The position numbers were made by a program, and so were the translations under genes. Of a DNA stretch of 64,000 bases, positions 23,600 to 34,575 are shown one piece after another; the first letter of the stretch is position 1; every line of letters begins with the position of its first letter. A model generated the notes under the pieces. That model was not told where the DNA came from, did no database searches, and was given only the letters and a program-made list of their open reading frames with translations. Source of the stretch: Monocercomonoides exilis PA203 (lineage: Eukaryota; Protista; Preaxostyla); contig LSRY02000004.1 of the NCBI GenBank assembly GCA_001643675.2, positions 558,001-622,000 on the forward strand, read 5' to 3'.

Positions 23600-25700
23600 T
23601 TATGGACCGTTTTTGAAGACCAACCGCTAACATTTCGCGATGTTTTAGGAGAGAGAAAGCCGACGGCTGAGATCGATTGCTTCAGAAAGAGAAAACATAG
23701 ATGTTTTGCATTGGACATTTCGCACGTGCAAAGTTAGAAATTTTCATTCGGACATATGAATCTTGCAAAGCATTGATAAGTTCAATTTTAAGAAATCAGG
23801 CCAAATCTCATTCTTCAATAGTTACTCTATCTTCTTCTCTCTTTTCTGTTTATTCGATATCAATTTCGGAATTGACACAAGTGGAATCTGAAACGGAGAT
23901 TTCCCCTCATTTATTTGTGCGAATTTGTATCCGTTATATCCATCTTAGAAGGAGAAGAGATACGAGCTCCGCATCTGGCGTCTTTCTTTGATATGCACGT
24001 GGAAGAAATTCCAAGCTAAGCAATGAGACAGAAGGCAGACTTTTGGACGTGTGACGTGTGACATTTACGCTGGCGAAAGGGTGAGTTCTGTTTCCTGGGA
24101 CGACAAACAAAGAGATGCTGAAGCTGATTCAACATTCAAAGTGAGAATAACAGTGTAAGCTGAGGAGAGAAAGCTGCGAGTATCAGGCTAACAGATGCAT
24201 TGACAAAACTGGGAAGTTATTGAGCATATTAATTGTTCCGGTTGCCAAAGTGAAGACAAAAAATGTGATTATCTTTTCGTACAGATTGATACAAATTCAC
24301 AAAATGCTGTTTGATAACGTGGTGTTTTCCTCTGTTCTATCAACTGGGTGTGTAGCGAACGCATCCGCAGAAGCGAGTTGTCCGAAATGAGAAGCCGAGT
24401 ACTGTTGAGCGACCTATCATCGCTCGCTGACTGATTCCACATGCTCAACTCGCATAAACTCTTGGGTGTCGAAAAGGAAGTGCATCACCCATTTCTGAAC
24501 ATGAGTGCGATAAAGCATATAACTGAAAAGAAAGCTCAGCAAAAAACGGAAAAAAAGAAGATTTTTGGAACTGTATATGCTTCTGCACCACATATTTTGC
24601 CAACTTTTTTTATCATTACCATTATCTTCTTCTTCTTGCTCCTCCTCCTCCTCCTCCTCCTTCTTCTTCTTCTTCTTCTTCTTCTTCTACTACTACTACT
24701 ACTACTACTGCTCCTGCAATCAGATCATTGTCTTCTAATGCATTAAGCTCAATGGTTTCTTCTTCTTCTTCTCATTCTTCTCCTTTTCCTTCTTCTTCTT
24801 CTTCTTCCTCCTCCTCCTCATCTTCTTCTTATTCTTCTTCCAAACATCATCTCCAGCCTTCCTCTCTTTCCATTTCTTCTTCTTCTTCCTCTTCTTCTTC
24901 TCTCCCCCAAAAGAAAGAATCAATCCAATCCAAACCTTTTCCTCTGAATATTTCGACTTCTCTTCCTTCTCTCAGAGAAACACTAGAAACTGTGGCATTT
25001 TTGCCTATTGGAGATTCTATTGGAGAGCAGAATTTGAACATAGGACCTTCTTCTTCTTCTTTGTCTTCTTCTTCTTCTTCTTCTTCTTATCAAAACTGCT
25101 CACATTCTGACATTTGTGTGCATGCAAACAGAGGAATTTTTCATTGCGCGCATTCCAATCCATCTCATGAATGGATTGTTTGAAAGAGATGAATTATATG
25201 AACATAACATCTAATAACTCCACTGTGAGGTCACTGTTGAATAATGCATTCGAAGTGATCAAGAGCAAATGATGGCAATTAAATTAGAGAAAAAAACATC
25301 CAATGAAACGAATGCAAAGATGATTTCGTTGCACAGCGCTTCATAAGCAGAACGCAATGCACAACAAAACAAGCAAGCCGCACAAAGTGGTTTCTGCCTT
25401 CTTAACTTTCAATAGCCTCATTCACCATTCTCTCCTCCTCAATTTCAGATGATATGTGTTTTGAGTGGTGTTACTGCAGAAAGCTCATCAACAGGCAACA
25501 AACGGATTTTGTGACAGGATTCTTCAATAGAATATAAATACTTTCCATATTCTTGGAGAATTGAAGATCCATAGCGAGGTGGGTGCAAAAATTATCTGGT
25601 AACTTTCTCTTTGGATAGAACTCAAAGGATATTAGATATTAAGTCACAGAAGTGTGTTCAGACAGATACAGTATTTGATGAAGCATCGATGCTACTCAAC
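23600..25700 (-). pseudogene. Decayed remnant, probably of a large beta-helix-type surface protein gene; boundaries approximate
   Basis: Coding-like GC content with no long ORF. Short minus-strand peptides (VSLDVFFSNLIAIICS, ENTTLSNS, CISKKDARCGARISS) resemble the style of the 34.6-42.8 kb protein and are broken by stops and frameshifts. Confidence 0.35.
24625..24710. repeat. Compound trinucleotide microsatellite (TCT)n(CTC)n(CTT)n(CTA)n
   Basis: Visible directly; further TTC/CTC tracts continue to ~25090. Confidence 0.9.
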
Positions 25701-26877
25701 GCTTCAAAAATTATGAAATAACATTTTGATATAGCAGAAAAGAAATTAAATTGGATGAGGTTGGAATGCAATATCAGTAGAAACTCTTCAAATTATGCAA
25801 ATGCATCTTATTAAATGAAATACCAAAGATAAAGTGTGAAGGTTGAAAATAGAGAAGGAAATGAGGAAGAGAGATTGAAAAAGAAACTGTTGAAGCGGCA
25901 AATACTCTTGATGGACAAACAGAAGAAGAAAGAGAAGAAAAGCTTCAGCAACTTCTGGGAAGAGCAAAATGCAACGGGGAATTCATTTCTTCGCCTGATG
26001 GAGTGGTTGTGCTGTGGAATACAAACTACTTATTTGCGAATAACAATTTCATGGGATGAAAGAATCGTCTGAGGAAAGGCATGGATGAGAAGAAGATGGA
26101 GACAATGAGAGAATGAGAAAGAGAAAACAAAAGGAAATAGAGATCTATGAATTTTTGAAGACGGTTGTTCGGGAGCAGGATGAATGACAGCAAACGAGGA
26201 AGATGAAGAGAAATGCAAAGAAGACAGTTCGAACGAAGCACTGCTCCACGAGAAAGAAAATGAGCGCATTTCATTTGAAGAGAATGTTAAAGACAAAAAG
26301 TGAAAAAAGGAGAAAGAAAAGCTACTCAGTTTCTCTTTCTCAATACTCTGAACAAAATGAAATGTATCTCATCGTTTTTTTTAATGTCATTACAGTCATA
26401 AAATTACAGCTTTTGATGGAACAAAATATCCTTTCAGCCACATTTGGAATGATGAAAGGAACATAAGCCGGTATTATTCTATTTCACATGGGCCCTTACA
26501 GGTTTCCGAGTATGAGAAATGAAAAGAAAAAGCAATTGCTTATAATTCTATCAATGTTTAAGATTTTGTTTTAATAACCACAATAACAAGTGAAGCAAAC
26601 AATTTTGAGTCACTATTGTCTCTTTTGACTTGACAATGCTTCACATTCTTATATAAATACTGCTTTTATTGGATGTCTTTCAGATTCTCTACTGTTTTGA
26701 AAAGATAAAAATCAGAAAATGTTCATTATTATATCAATTTTTGTATTTTAAAACCATTTGACTGAATCAATTATTTCCTAAAAAAACTTATGATTTGATT
26801 TTGGCACATTTTGTTTGATATCTGATACCCTTTATTCGTTTCTTTAATCCCATGATTAATTGCTAATCCAAATAATA

Positions 26878-29794
26878 ATGAATTGTTATGCTGAAAAAGC
26901 GCGGTCGACGAAAAGTCGCCACGCGAGTCAAATTGACGATTATCTTCGTCAAATTGCTCCTGTGGATGCTGAAGGGTGTTTGTTTTCATTTTTATTTCAC
27001 AGTGAAAAAGGAAAACCCTACCAATCAAAAATTGAGACTCATTTGAAAGGTTTGCTCAAAATTTTTATTCAAAAGATGTTAATACTTTGTGTATTAATTT
27101 ACTGTTAATTATGTTTTCTGTTAATTTTTTTAATTGCAATGGGGAATTGTGAGCAAATTTGTTGTTGTGTTATTTTCTTCTTTAAACTTTTTTTCTATGA
27201 TCATCAATCAATATTTTTGAATTCTTTATTTAACTCATTATTCTTTCAAGTCATTATTATTCAACAGTTGAAATTTTATAAAATTTTTTGCAGTTAATAA
27301 ATTTTTATCTTTATTTCATTGATACTTAAATGTTAAAAAATACATGATTTTTGTAATTGAATTACGATTTTTTCCAAATCCTTGTTTTCCATATTTTTCA
27401 CAATTTTCATTGATAATAATCAATTTTTTTATATTTTATAATTTTTCGTAAATTTTCCATTTATTTAACCCATTGCAATTAAAAAAATTACAGAAACTGA
27501 TTAACGTATATTATTACTCATTTCAGACAAGTTAAGAAATATTTTGAAAAATCTGTCTCAACTCTACGCTTTGCTTGGTCGAAACGATAGAGTTTCTCTT
27601 CTCTCTGCGATTTCTTCTGAAATTCAACTTACAGAACTCAGAGAGAATGGCTGGCTGGTAACAAAAAATGAATATTATTACTCAAAAAATAAGCAAGCCA
27701 ATAAAAGTAATGAGTCCCTGGCAGACATAGAGAGAAAAAAAAAAGTTAATGATAAAAGTGTGCAAAATTTCTTTAATTATGTTTTTGTGTTTTGTTTTGA
27801 CATATTAATATCTAGAAAAAGAACAATTTGAAAAGATAGAAGAATGGCTGGTCAAAAACAGCTCTGCCAGTTGCGAAAATGGAAGACAGCGAAAAAAAGG
27901 TTTATTTTTCGGAAATAATTTTAATTTGTTTCATCTTTTGATAATTATGATTTTTTTTCAACAAATTATCAATCTATAAAAGGATTAAACCGTTCAAAAA
28001 TGGCTCCTGCTGCTTCTTCCATTCATCCACAGCCTCAATTAATTGGAGGAGATGATTCGCCGATCGGAATTATCCAAAGCGAGCGGAGTGAGAAAGAAAA
28101 TACTTCTTCATCTGAGCATTTCTTGGAGCATGGAGTTCTTCAACACTCCAACTCTTTCGAAAATAACAAAGATAATAAAAAAATAATTAATGAATCAAAA
28201 TTCAACAATATCAACAAAAAAATAAATAATAATTACAAAAACAATCAAAAAAAAGAAATTCAAATTCAAAAAATACATAATCACATCACTTTCACGTCTT
28301 CTTCCAATAATGAAAGCACCTGCTTCGTTCAATCGCATTCTGGTATTCAAAAGGTTTGTGAAAAAGCAAATGTTGAAAAAGAAGAAAACGAAAATAGTAA
28401 TTTTCTTTCAAAAAGAATATTTTCTTTTAATGAAAGGAGAATTATTGAAAAAACGAAAAAAGAATTATTTGAAAACATGAATAAAGAAATTGATGTCAAA
28501 ATGTCGTATTCGACATTTTGCAAAAAAACAAGAAATTTTATAAAATCAAAGAAAAGAACAGATTTGTGTGAAATCTGTGAAAGAGGAAAATATTTAGAAA
28601 AGAAAAAATTAGAAACAGAAAGAAACGGAAAAGAAATAGGCCAAAAAGAAAATGATGAATTGAATTTAATAATTCAGCATAAAAAAATGGCCCAACATCA
28701 AAGAAATTATTTTTATGAAAAGAAAGAAAAGCTGAAAAAAGATGAAGTGATTATTATCATGGATTTTAAAGAAAATTGGAGCTTGCCAATTTCAAATAAT
28801 GAAACTGGTAAATCTTTCTTTAATAAAAAACAAATCTCTCATTTATGTTTTGTTGTTTATTATGTTGATTGTTTTGGAGCTTTACAAAAATGTTGTTTCA
28901 ATTTTTTTTCTGAAATTTTATCTCATGATTATCGTTTTGTTTTGGAGTGTTTGAATAAGTTATTACGTTTCGATATTTTTTCGAATATTTTTTCTTTTCA
29001 TTTTTTCTGTGATAATGGTCCTCATTTTCGTAATTCACAAATTTTTCATTCATTGTTTTCTCCTAATTCTTTATTGTTTTTAAATAAACACTGCTCACTT
29101 TCATTCTTTACCGAACACCATGGTAAGAATGATTGTGACAGTGAATTTGGTTATTTAACACAGTTATTGAACAATAATCTAGGAGATCGTACTTTAAATA
29201 ATGTGTACGATCTAATAGATTTTTTTTGCTCACAGTGTAATTCTTATCTTTTTGGTGTTCATGATTCTAATTCTCCAATTTTTGTCTCTTCTTTTATATC
29301 TGATATATCTAATAATAATTCAATAGGGCGAATGGATGAAGTTTCAGATTCAAGCGAGCAGAAAGAAAAACAGAACAAGACAAAGCACTTCTTTTTGATG
29401 TTTGATCTTTAATTTTTATTTTTTTTTCCTAATGATTTTAATTGAACTTTTTTCTAAAATGTTTTCTTTTTCATTTTCTAGGCATGAAGAGTTACCGAAT
29501 AAATGTTGGAATAAATTAATTATTAATGGAATGAAACAATACTTATTTTTCGAATCGAATGGCTTCAAAGTGCTTGCATCGCCGCTGAGTTGCAACGAAA
29601 AGGTTTGTATGAAAGAGTTATCATTTAAAATTGAAATGAATTTGGACGAGAAGAAAAGAAAAGTTTATAAAAGAGAGATTGAAAATAACAATGAATTTGA
29701 AGAAAATGAAAGTTTATATTTAAAGAAAAGGGTTAGAAATGTTCTGGAAAAAAGATTAGAGTTAATTAATACTTTTTCTTCATTGATTATTTAA
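26878..29794 (+). mobile_element. Spliced DDD/E transposase gene, Sola-like, ~738 aa; exons 26878-27049, 27527-27757, 27816-27899, 27983-29399, 29482-29794
   Basis: Motifs RTDLCEIC, IIIMDFKENW, FFSEILSHD, FFCDNGPHFRN and FFTEHHGKNDCDSEFG give an RNase H-fold D-D-D triad typical of Sola-type transposases. Four GT-AG introns join the exons in phase (2217 nt). Much more AT-rich than the long host exons. Confidence 0.75.
27122..27490. mobile_element. MITE-like element or inverted-repeat-bounded segment in transposase intron 1
   Basis: taatttttttaattgcaatggg (27122-27143) is the exact reverse complement of cccattgcaattaaaaaaatta (27469-27490). Imperfect pairing extends outward; the interior is AT-rich and non-coding. 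Confidence 0.55.
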
Positions 29795-30085
29795 GAAATT
29801 TTCAGAAACTGACAGGTATGCTTTTTTTTCAAAACTCTTTTGTTATTTGAGTTAAATTTTCGATTTTTAAATTTTTTTCTTTTTTTTCAATCGTTGAATC
29901 TTGAATTGTGAAAGAATTAGTTTATTCTTGCTTATCCGATGAAATTTGAAATCCAAATTGAGGACAAGACTGAATCCATCCTGTTATTGCTTTAATTGAA
30001 CGATTATTGCAATAACTTGCAGGCTTTGGGTCCAGATTCAGTTTCCCAGGAGAATAAACAATTTTTTCACATTTTTATCAGGTAT

Positions 30086-30087
<2 letters not shown>

Positions 30088-30133
<46 letters not shown>
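30088..30133. repeat. Poly(T)46 homopolymer
   Basis: Seen directly. Confidence 0.95.
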
Positions 30134-30139
<6 letters not shown>

Positions 30140-30440
30140 CTTTTTGGAAATTATTTGAATTCAAGAATTTGAGAAAGGATTCAAACCGGAATTATTCAGA
30201 AAAATTGTTGAATGTGGAAAAATATTCAAAAATGTTGGGTGGAACAAAATTCTTAAAGCAAAAAGTTTTGTCCCATTTCTAATAAAATCATAAAAATAAT
30301 TTGCATTGCAAATTATATCTTGGTGAAGTGAATCTAAACAAATATATCCTCAAATCATGGGAGGTTATAACTCTCAATTTTTTTTTTGAAGACTAAACAT
30401 TTGCTCAAAAAACTTTTAAAGAAAAATTAAAATATATTTA

Positions 30441-32061
30441 TCACATTTGAATATCAACATCATCATTATAAGCTTCAGGTGATGAAGAAACATCTTGTTG
30501 CTGCTGCTCTGGAGTTTCTGACGAATTGCTTGAAGGAATTTCTGATTTCTGTTCTGATTCGACTTGCTCAGTGCTTAATTCCATCTTTTCGAATTCTTGT
30601 TGTTGTGGCTGGTCTTCTTTTGTTTCTTCAAAATTATTTGTTGTTTCTTTTATTGCATCTTGCTTCTCGTCTGGAATTTCTGATGTTGGATTTATTGTTT
30701 CGTCCGATTGTTCTTGTTTCTCTTCTAAAACTTGTGTATCTTTAATGGTTACTTCGGAAATGACTTCCTTAACCTCCTCTTTTTCCTCCTCCATTTTCAG
30801 ATCATCATATGAACTTTGTTCTTTTTCAACTTCTTTCGGTTGGGAATCATCAATTTCTTTCTGTAAGTTGTCATTTGTTAAAGTTTCTTCAGTTAATGTT
30901 GATTCCTTGTTTGAAATCTGAGTTGAACTTTCCAATTCTTCGTCGTTTTCTTCTTTTGAATATTTATCTTTATTTATTTCTTCTTTTATGTCTGAAAGTT
31001 GTGTCATTGCTGAATCAATCTTCGGACTTGCTTTTGTTTGCTTCTCGTTTGTTGCTGTGTCATTTTCAGCTTCATTATTAGTAACATTCTGTAAGTGTCT
31101 TAGATGCACCCTAAAATGCATGTTGAAGTCTTCACTACGTGAAAGGAATGGGAAATCACCTCCTGTTTTGAAAAATACTTCTCTGCTTCCTGGGTACAGT
31201 TGTCTCAAACTCTCACTTCTCAATCGGCTACTGTCGTTAATATCCAAGGAAGTCATGATGGATACATATTTGCCATCAATTGGTGGTTTTTCAATAGTCT
31301 CTTCAGTGCATTGCATTAACAGCTTTCCTACTAAGGTATCTCGACTGACATCATCAATTTTTGCAATTACAAAATTAACAGCATCTGCAATGCCCGTTTC
31401 AATCTCTCCAATTGGAAGATTTGAAAGAAGATTTTGTTTTAATTGCTTTGTTGGTGTCATTGTAATGCTTTTAAAAAATTTTATGAAGAACAAATATCAA
31501 CTTTAATTAAAAATAAAAACAAACTTTCCCAATGGTTGCACAAATGAAATCGTCGATGGAAATGAATTTATCAATACAAGCGACAACACTCTTTTTGGAA
31601 ATGTTCTTGTATAACATTGAGCAAGAAATCCTCCAAGGCCTGTTCCAATTAAATGGCATGAATCGATATGTTGTGAATCTAAAAAACAACTGAATCCAAC
31701 TACCCACTCTTCATAAGTTTCATAATAAGGCTCCAACACTGAGAAAACTCTAACTCCATATGCAGGAAGAGAAAGGAACTGTCTGTAATATACTTCAGGA
31801 GTTGTCATTGTGCTGCATAGAAACACGGCTGGAACCCCCTTATCAATCGGGCTTCTAATAAAATTCCAAACTTTAGGAGTTGGGTAGTTTGCAGTTACCT
31901 AATATTTTTGCATAGATATGAATTTTCAAAATTCAATAGAAATTAATCAAAAAAATTATTATAAAACGTCAACGACAAACTTGCATTAATGCATGATTCT
32001 CTTTAAAAACTGCGTAATCAGGATCGGTAATTTTTACAGGTTGTGATTCAGTTGTCCCCAT
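30441..32061 (-). CDS. SPG21: Maspardin (SPG21/ACP33) alpha/beta-hydrolase-fold protein with long acidic tail, 3 exons
   Basis: EVYYRQFLSL..GVRV, HLIGTGLGGFLAQ and FKTGGDFPFLSRSEDFNMHFRVHL match maspardin motifs (DVFFRQILAL, HLFGASLGGFLAQ, LKTGGNFPYLCRS). Two GTTTG..AG introns keep the frame. Confidence 0.85.
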
Positions 32062-32970
32062 CAACAAAATAAAAAAAAGATCGATCTTCCATACTAAAAA
32101 ATTCAATGAATTTTTTTATGATTGGTGATTTCATCAAATTCTTTCCTAATTTTAAATACATATTCAAAAATTATCTTTTATATGAATCTTTTTTGATATT
32201 TGAATGATTCATTTGACAATTTCGAATTATTTTGTTTCGTGCCCATTCTTGGATCAATTTTTTATTATGTGGGGAAAAATATGAACTTTCAAGCTTTTTT
32301 TGCACAAGGCATTAAAAAATTGCTTCACTTATAACATTTAATTACTTTTTCAGATTTCAAAATAAAATTGATTTTCATATCCGTAAACAGGCATCATTGA
32401 CATCATTACATGAAGTTTTGTGTCATTCCTCGTATGTCAAAAAATGGACCCATTTTTATTTTGTTTTTATGAATCAAAAAGTCAACGAAAAGTGCATAAT
32501 TTTTCAATGAAAATGCCTGAAGTGATATATTTTGTCCCAAATCATTTTTTATTTTTCATTTTTGGTATCATAAAACATGTTCGATTTTGACCAACTTCAT
32601 TCGTGTTCAAAAAATGAATGAGTCTTTTTTCTTAAACTATGTTCACACAGTCAAAACTTTAACTCGATAAATCGTGTATCATCATGATATCTTTTACAAA
32701 CATTATTCAGAATTCAATTATTTTTTGATTTTCTTTCATTTATTTTTCAACGGCTTGAACAATAACATTTCGTATTTATTTCTCCATTTTTTCAAAATTG
32801 GTTATTTTTTGTTTGAAAAATAAAAAAAAATCATTATTTCAACTTATTGATTTTACGGATTTTTTTTTTAACAAAAAAAATATATATATCTTTAAAGAAA
32901 TATAAATCGTTTTCACATTTTAAAACGAGTTTCCATTTAAATATCCAAAATAATAATAATCGATACAAAT

Positions 32971-33984
32971 AGTGTTAACTTTTTTTATGGGACTTTTTCC
33001 CTTATTGACCCTTTTTTTGTTTTTGACTGCCAACTTTTTGCAAACGTTGAATTACTTTTTTCACTTTGATACAATGTTTTAACATGTTTTAAACAATTCA
33101 TAACTCGTTTGTTTTATTATTTTAGTTTGTTTCTTATTGAGTTATAGCGTTTTTTCATATTTTCAAAAGGTCACTTTTCTCAGCGAACCAATCTTTTCCA
33201 AAAATGTGAAATGCAATTTCACAAACTGTCAACATTTATCTATTTGTATTTCAGGTTTCAAGTTCCAAATTTATTTATTTTGATACTTTTTTCTCATTTT
33301 ATTTTTTCACAAACGTGCAAACATTAATCTGAAATTTTCTTTGTTTTAAAAATGAAGTGTTAAAAATTTAAATATGCAATTTTAAATAATCACTGCAATA
33401 TTCATTTGAATTATTATTGGTTCTTTATTATTCTCTTGTTGTGCAAAACTTGTTTCCTTCACAAAAATTTGATCAAAAACAATTCAGTTTTGGTAACATT
33501 TGCTTGTTCAAAACAAGAAGAGAGTCATTGTGATCCAATTTTTGTTGGAACGATTATTAAAGTGTTTATTTTATGTGGCATATTTTAATATTTAACACTT
33601 CATTTTTAAAACAAAGAAAATTTCAGATTAATGTTTGCACGTTTGTGAAAAAATAAAATGAGAAAAAAGTATCAAAATAAATAAATTTGGAACTTGAAAC
33701 CTGAAATACAAATAGATAAATGTTGACAGTTTGTGAAATTGCATTTCACATTTTTGGAAAAGATTGGTTCGCTGAGAAAAGTGACCTTTTGAAAATATGA
33801 AAAAACGCTATAACTCAATAAGAAACAAACTAAAATAATAAAACAAACGAGTTATGAATTGTTTAAAACATGTTAAAACATTGTATCAAAGTGAAAAAAG
33901 TAATTCAACGTTTGCAAAAAGTTGGCAGTCAAAAACAAAAAAAGGGTCAATAAGGGAAAAAGTCCCATAAAAAAAGTTAACACT
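32971..33984. repeat. Long inverted repeat: 394-bp arms (32971-33364 and 33591-33984) with a 226-bp spacer
   Basis: Arms are reverse complements at both ends and at every internal point compared, including homopolymer lengths. Confidence 0.95.
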
Positions 33985-34575
33985 GAACATGAAATTTGTT
34001 ATTGTTTTAAAAATAAACATAGCAATTATAAATAGCAAATTATTCTTTAACATAATTGTTATTTTGTTTATCACAGATTTATGTGCTTTTTAAGCGAAAA
34101 ATTCCAATCTTTTCAATGCAATGAATAACAATTTGGATAATCCATGATTTTTCCCGTTATTATCAATTCTTGTTTTGCTAATATTGTTGTTTTTGAGAAA
34201 AATAGTCCCGGTTGAAAAAGTAGAGAACAAATAATGATTCGAAAAAACTTTCACTTCCAACACAGCGAAGCAATGTTGGTGATGATTAACCAAGTTTCAT
34301 CCATTAAAAAAAGGGAGATATTCAGTTAATTCATCATATCAACATTTCAAAAGATAAGAAAAGGAAAGAAACAACAACTGTTTTCATTTTGATAAATACT
34401 TTTCATCAACACTAATTCCATTGAATGGCATGACGTGCAATAAAAATTAAATGCCTTAAATCATTTGTTTTCAAGAATTAAAACGAAATCACTTGAAGGG
34501 TTATTCATTATTATGAAGTGTTCTGCTATTTCATAATCTTTCGTTTCGAAACATCAAGTTCGCGTATGCTCTTGA

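Noticed and set aside
26490-29820. Possible transposon TIRs (ccttacaggtttccga versus the reverse complement of tcagaaactgacagg)
   Set aside because: The match is too weak and gapped for AT-rich DNA.
30088-32061. Poly(T) as the poly(A) tail of a maspardin retrocopy
   Set aside because: The gene retains two introns, and no TSD was seen.
33886-34074. Small ORFs overlapping or inside the palindrome (also 33406-33588)
   Set aside because: Short, AT-rich, non-ATG starts and no motifs.
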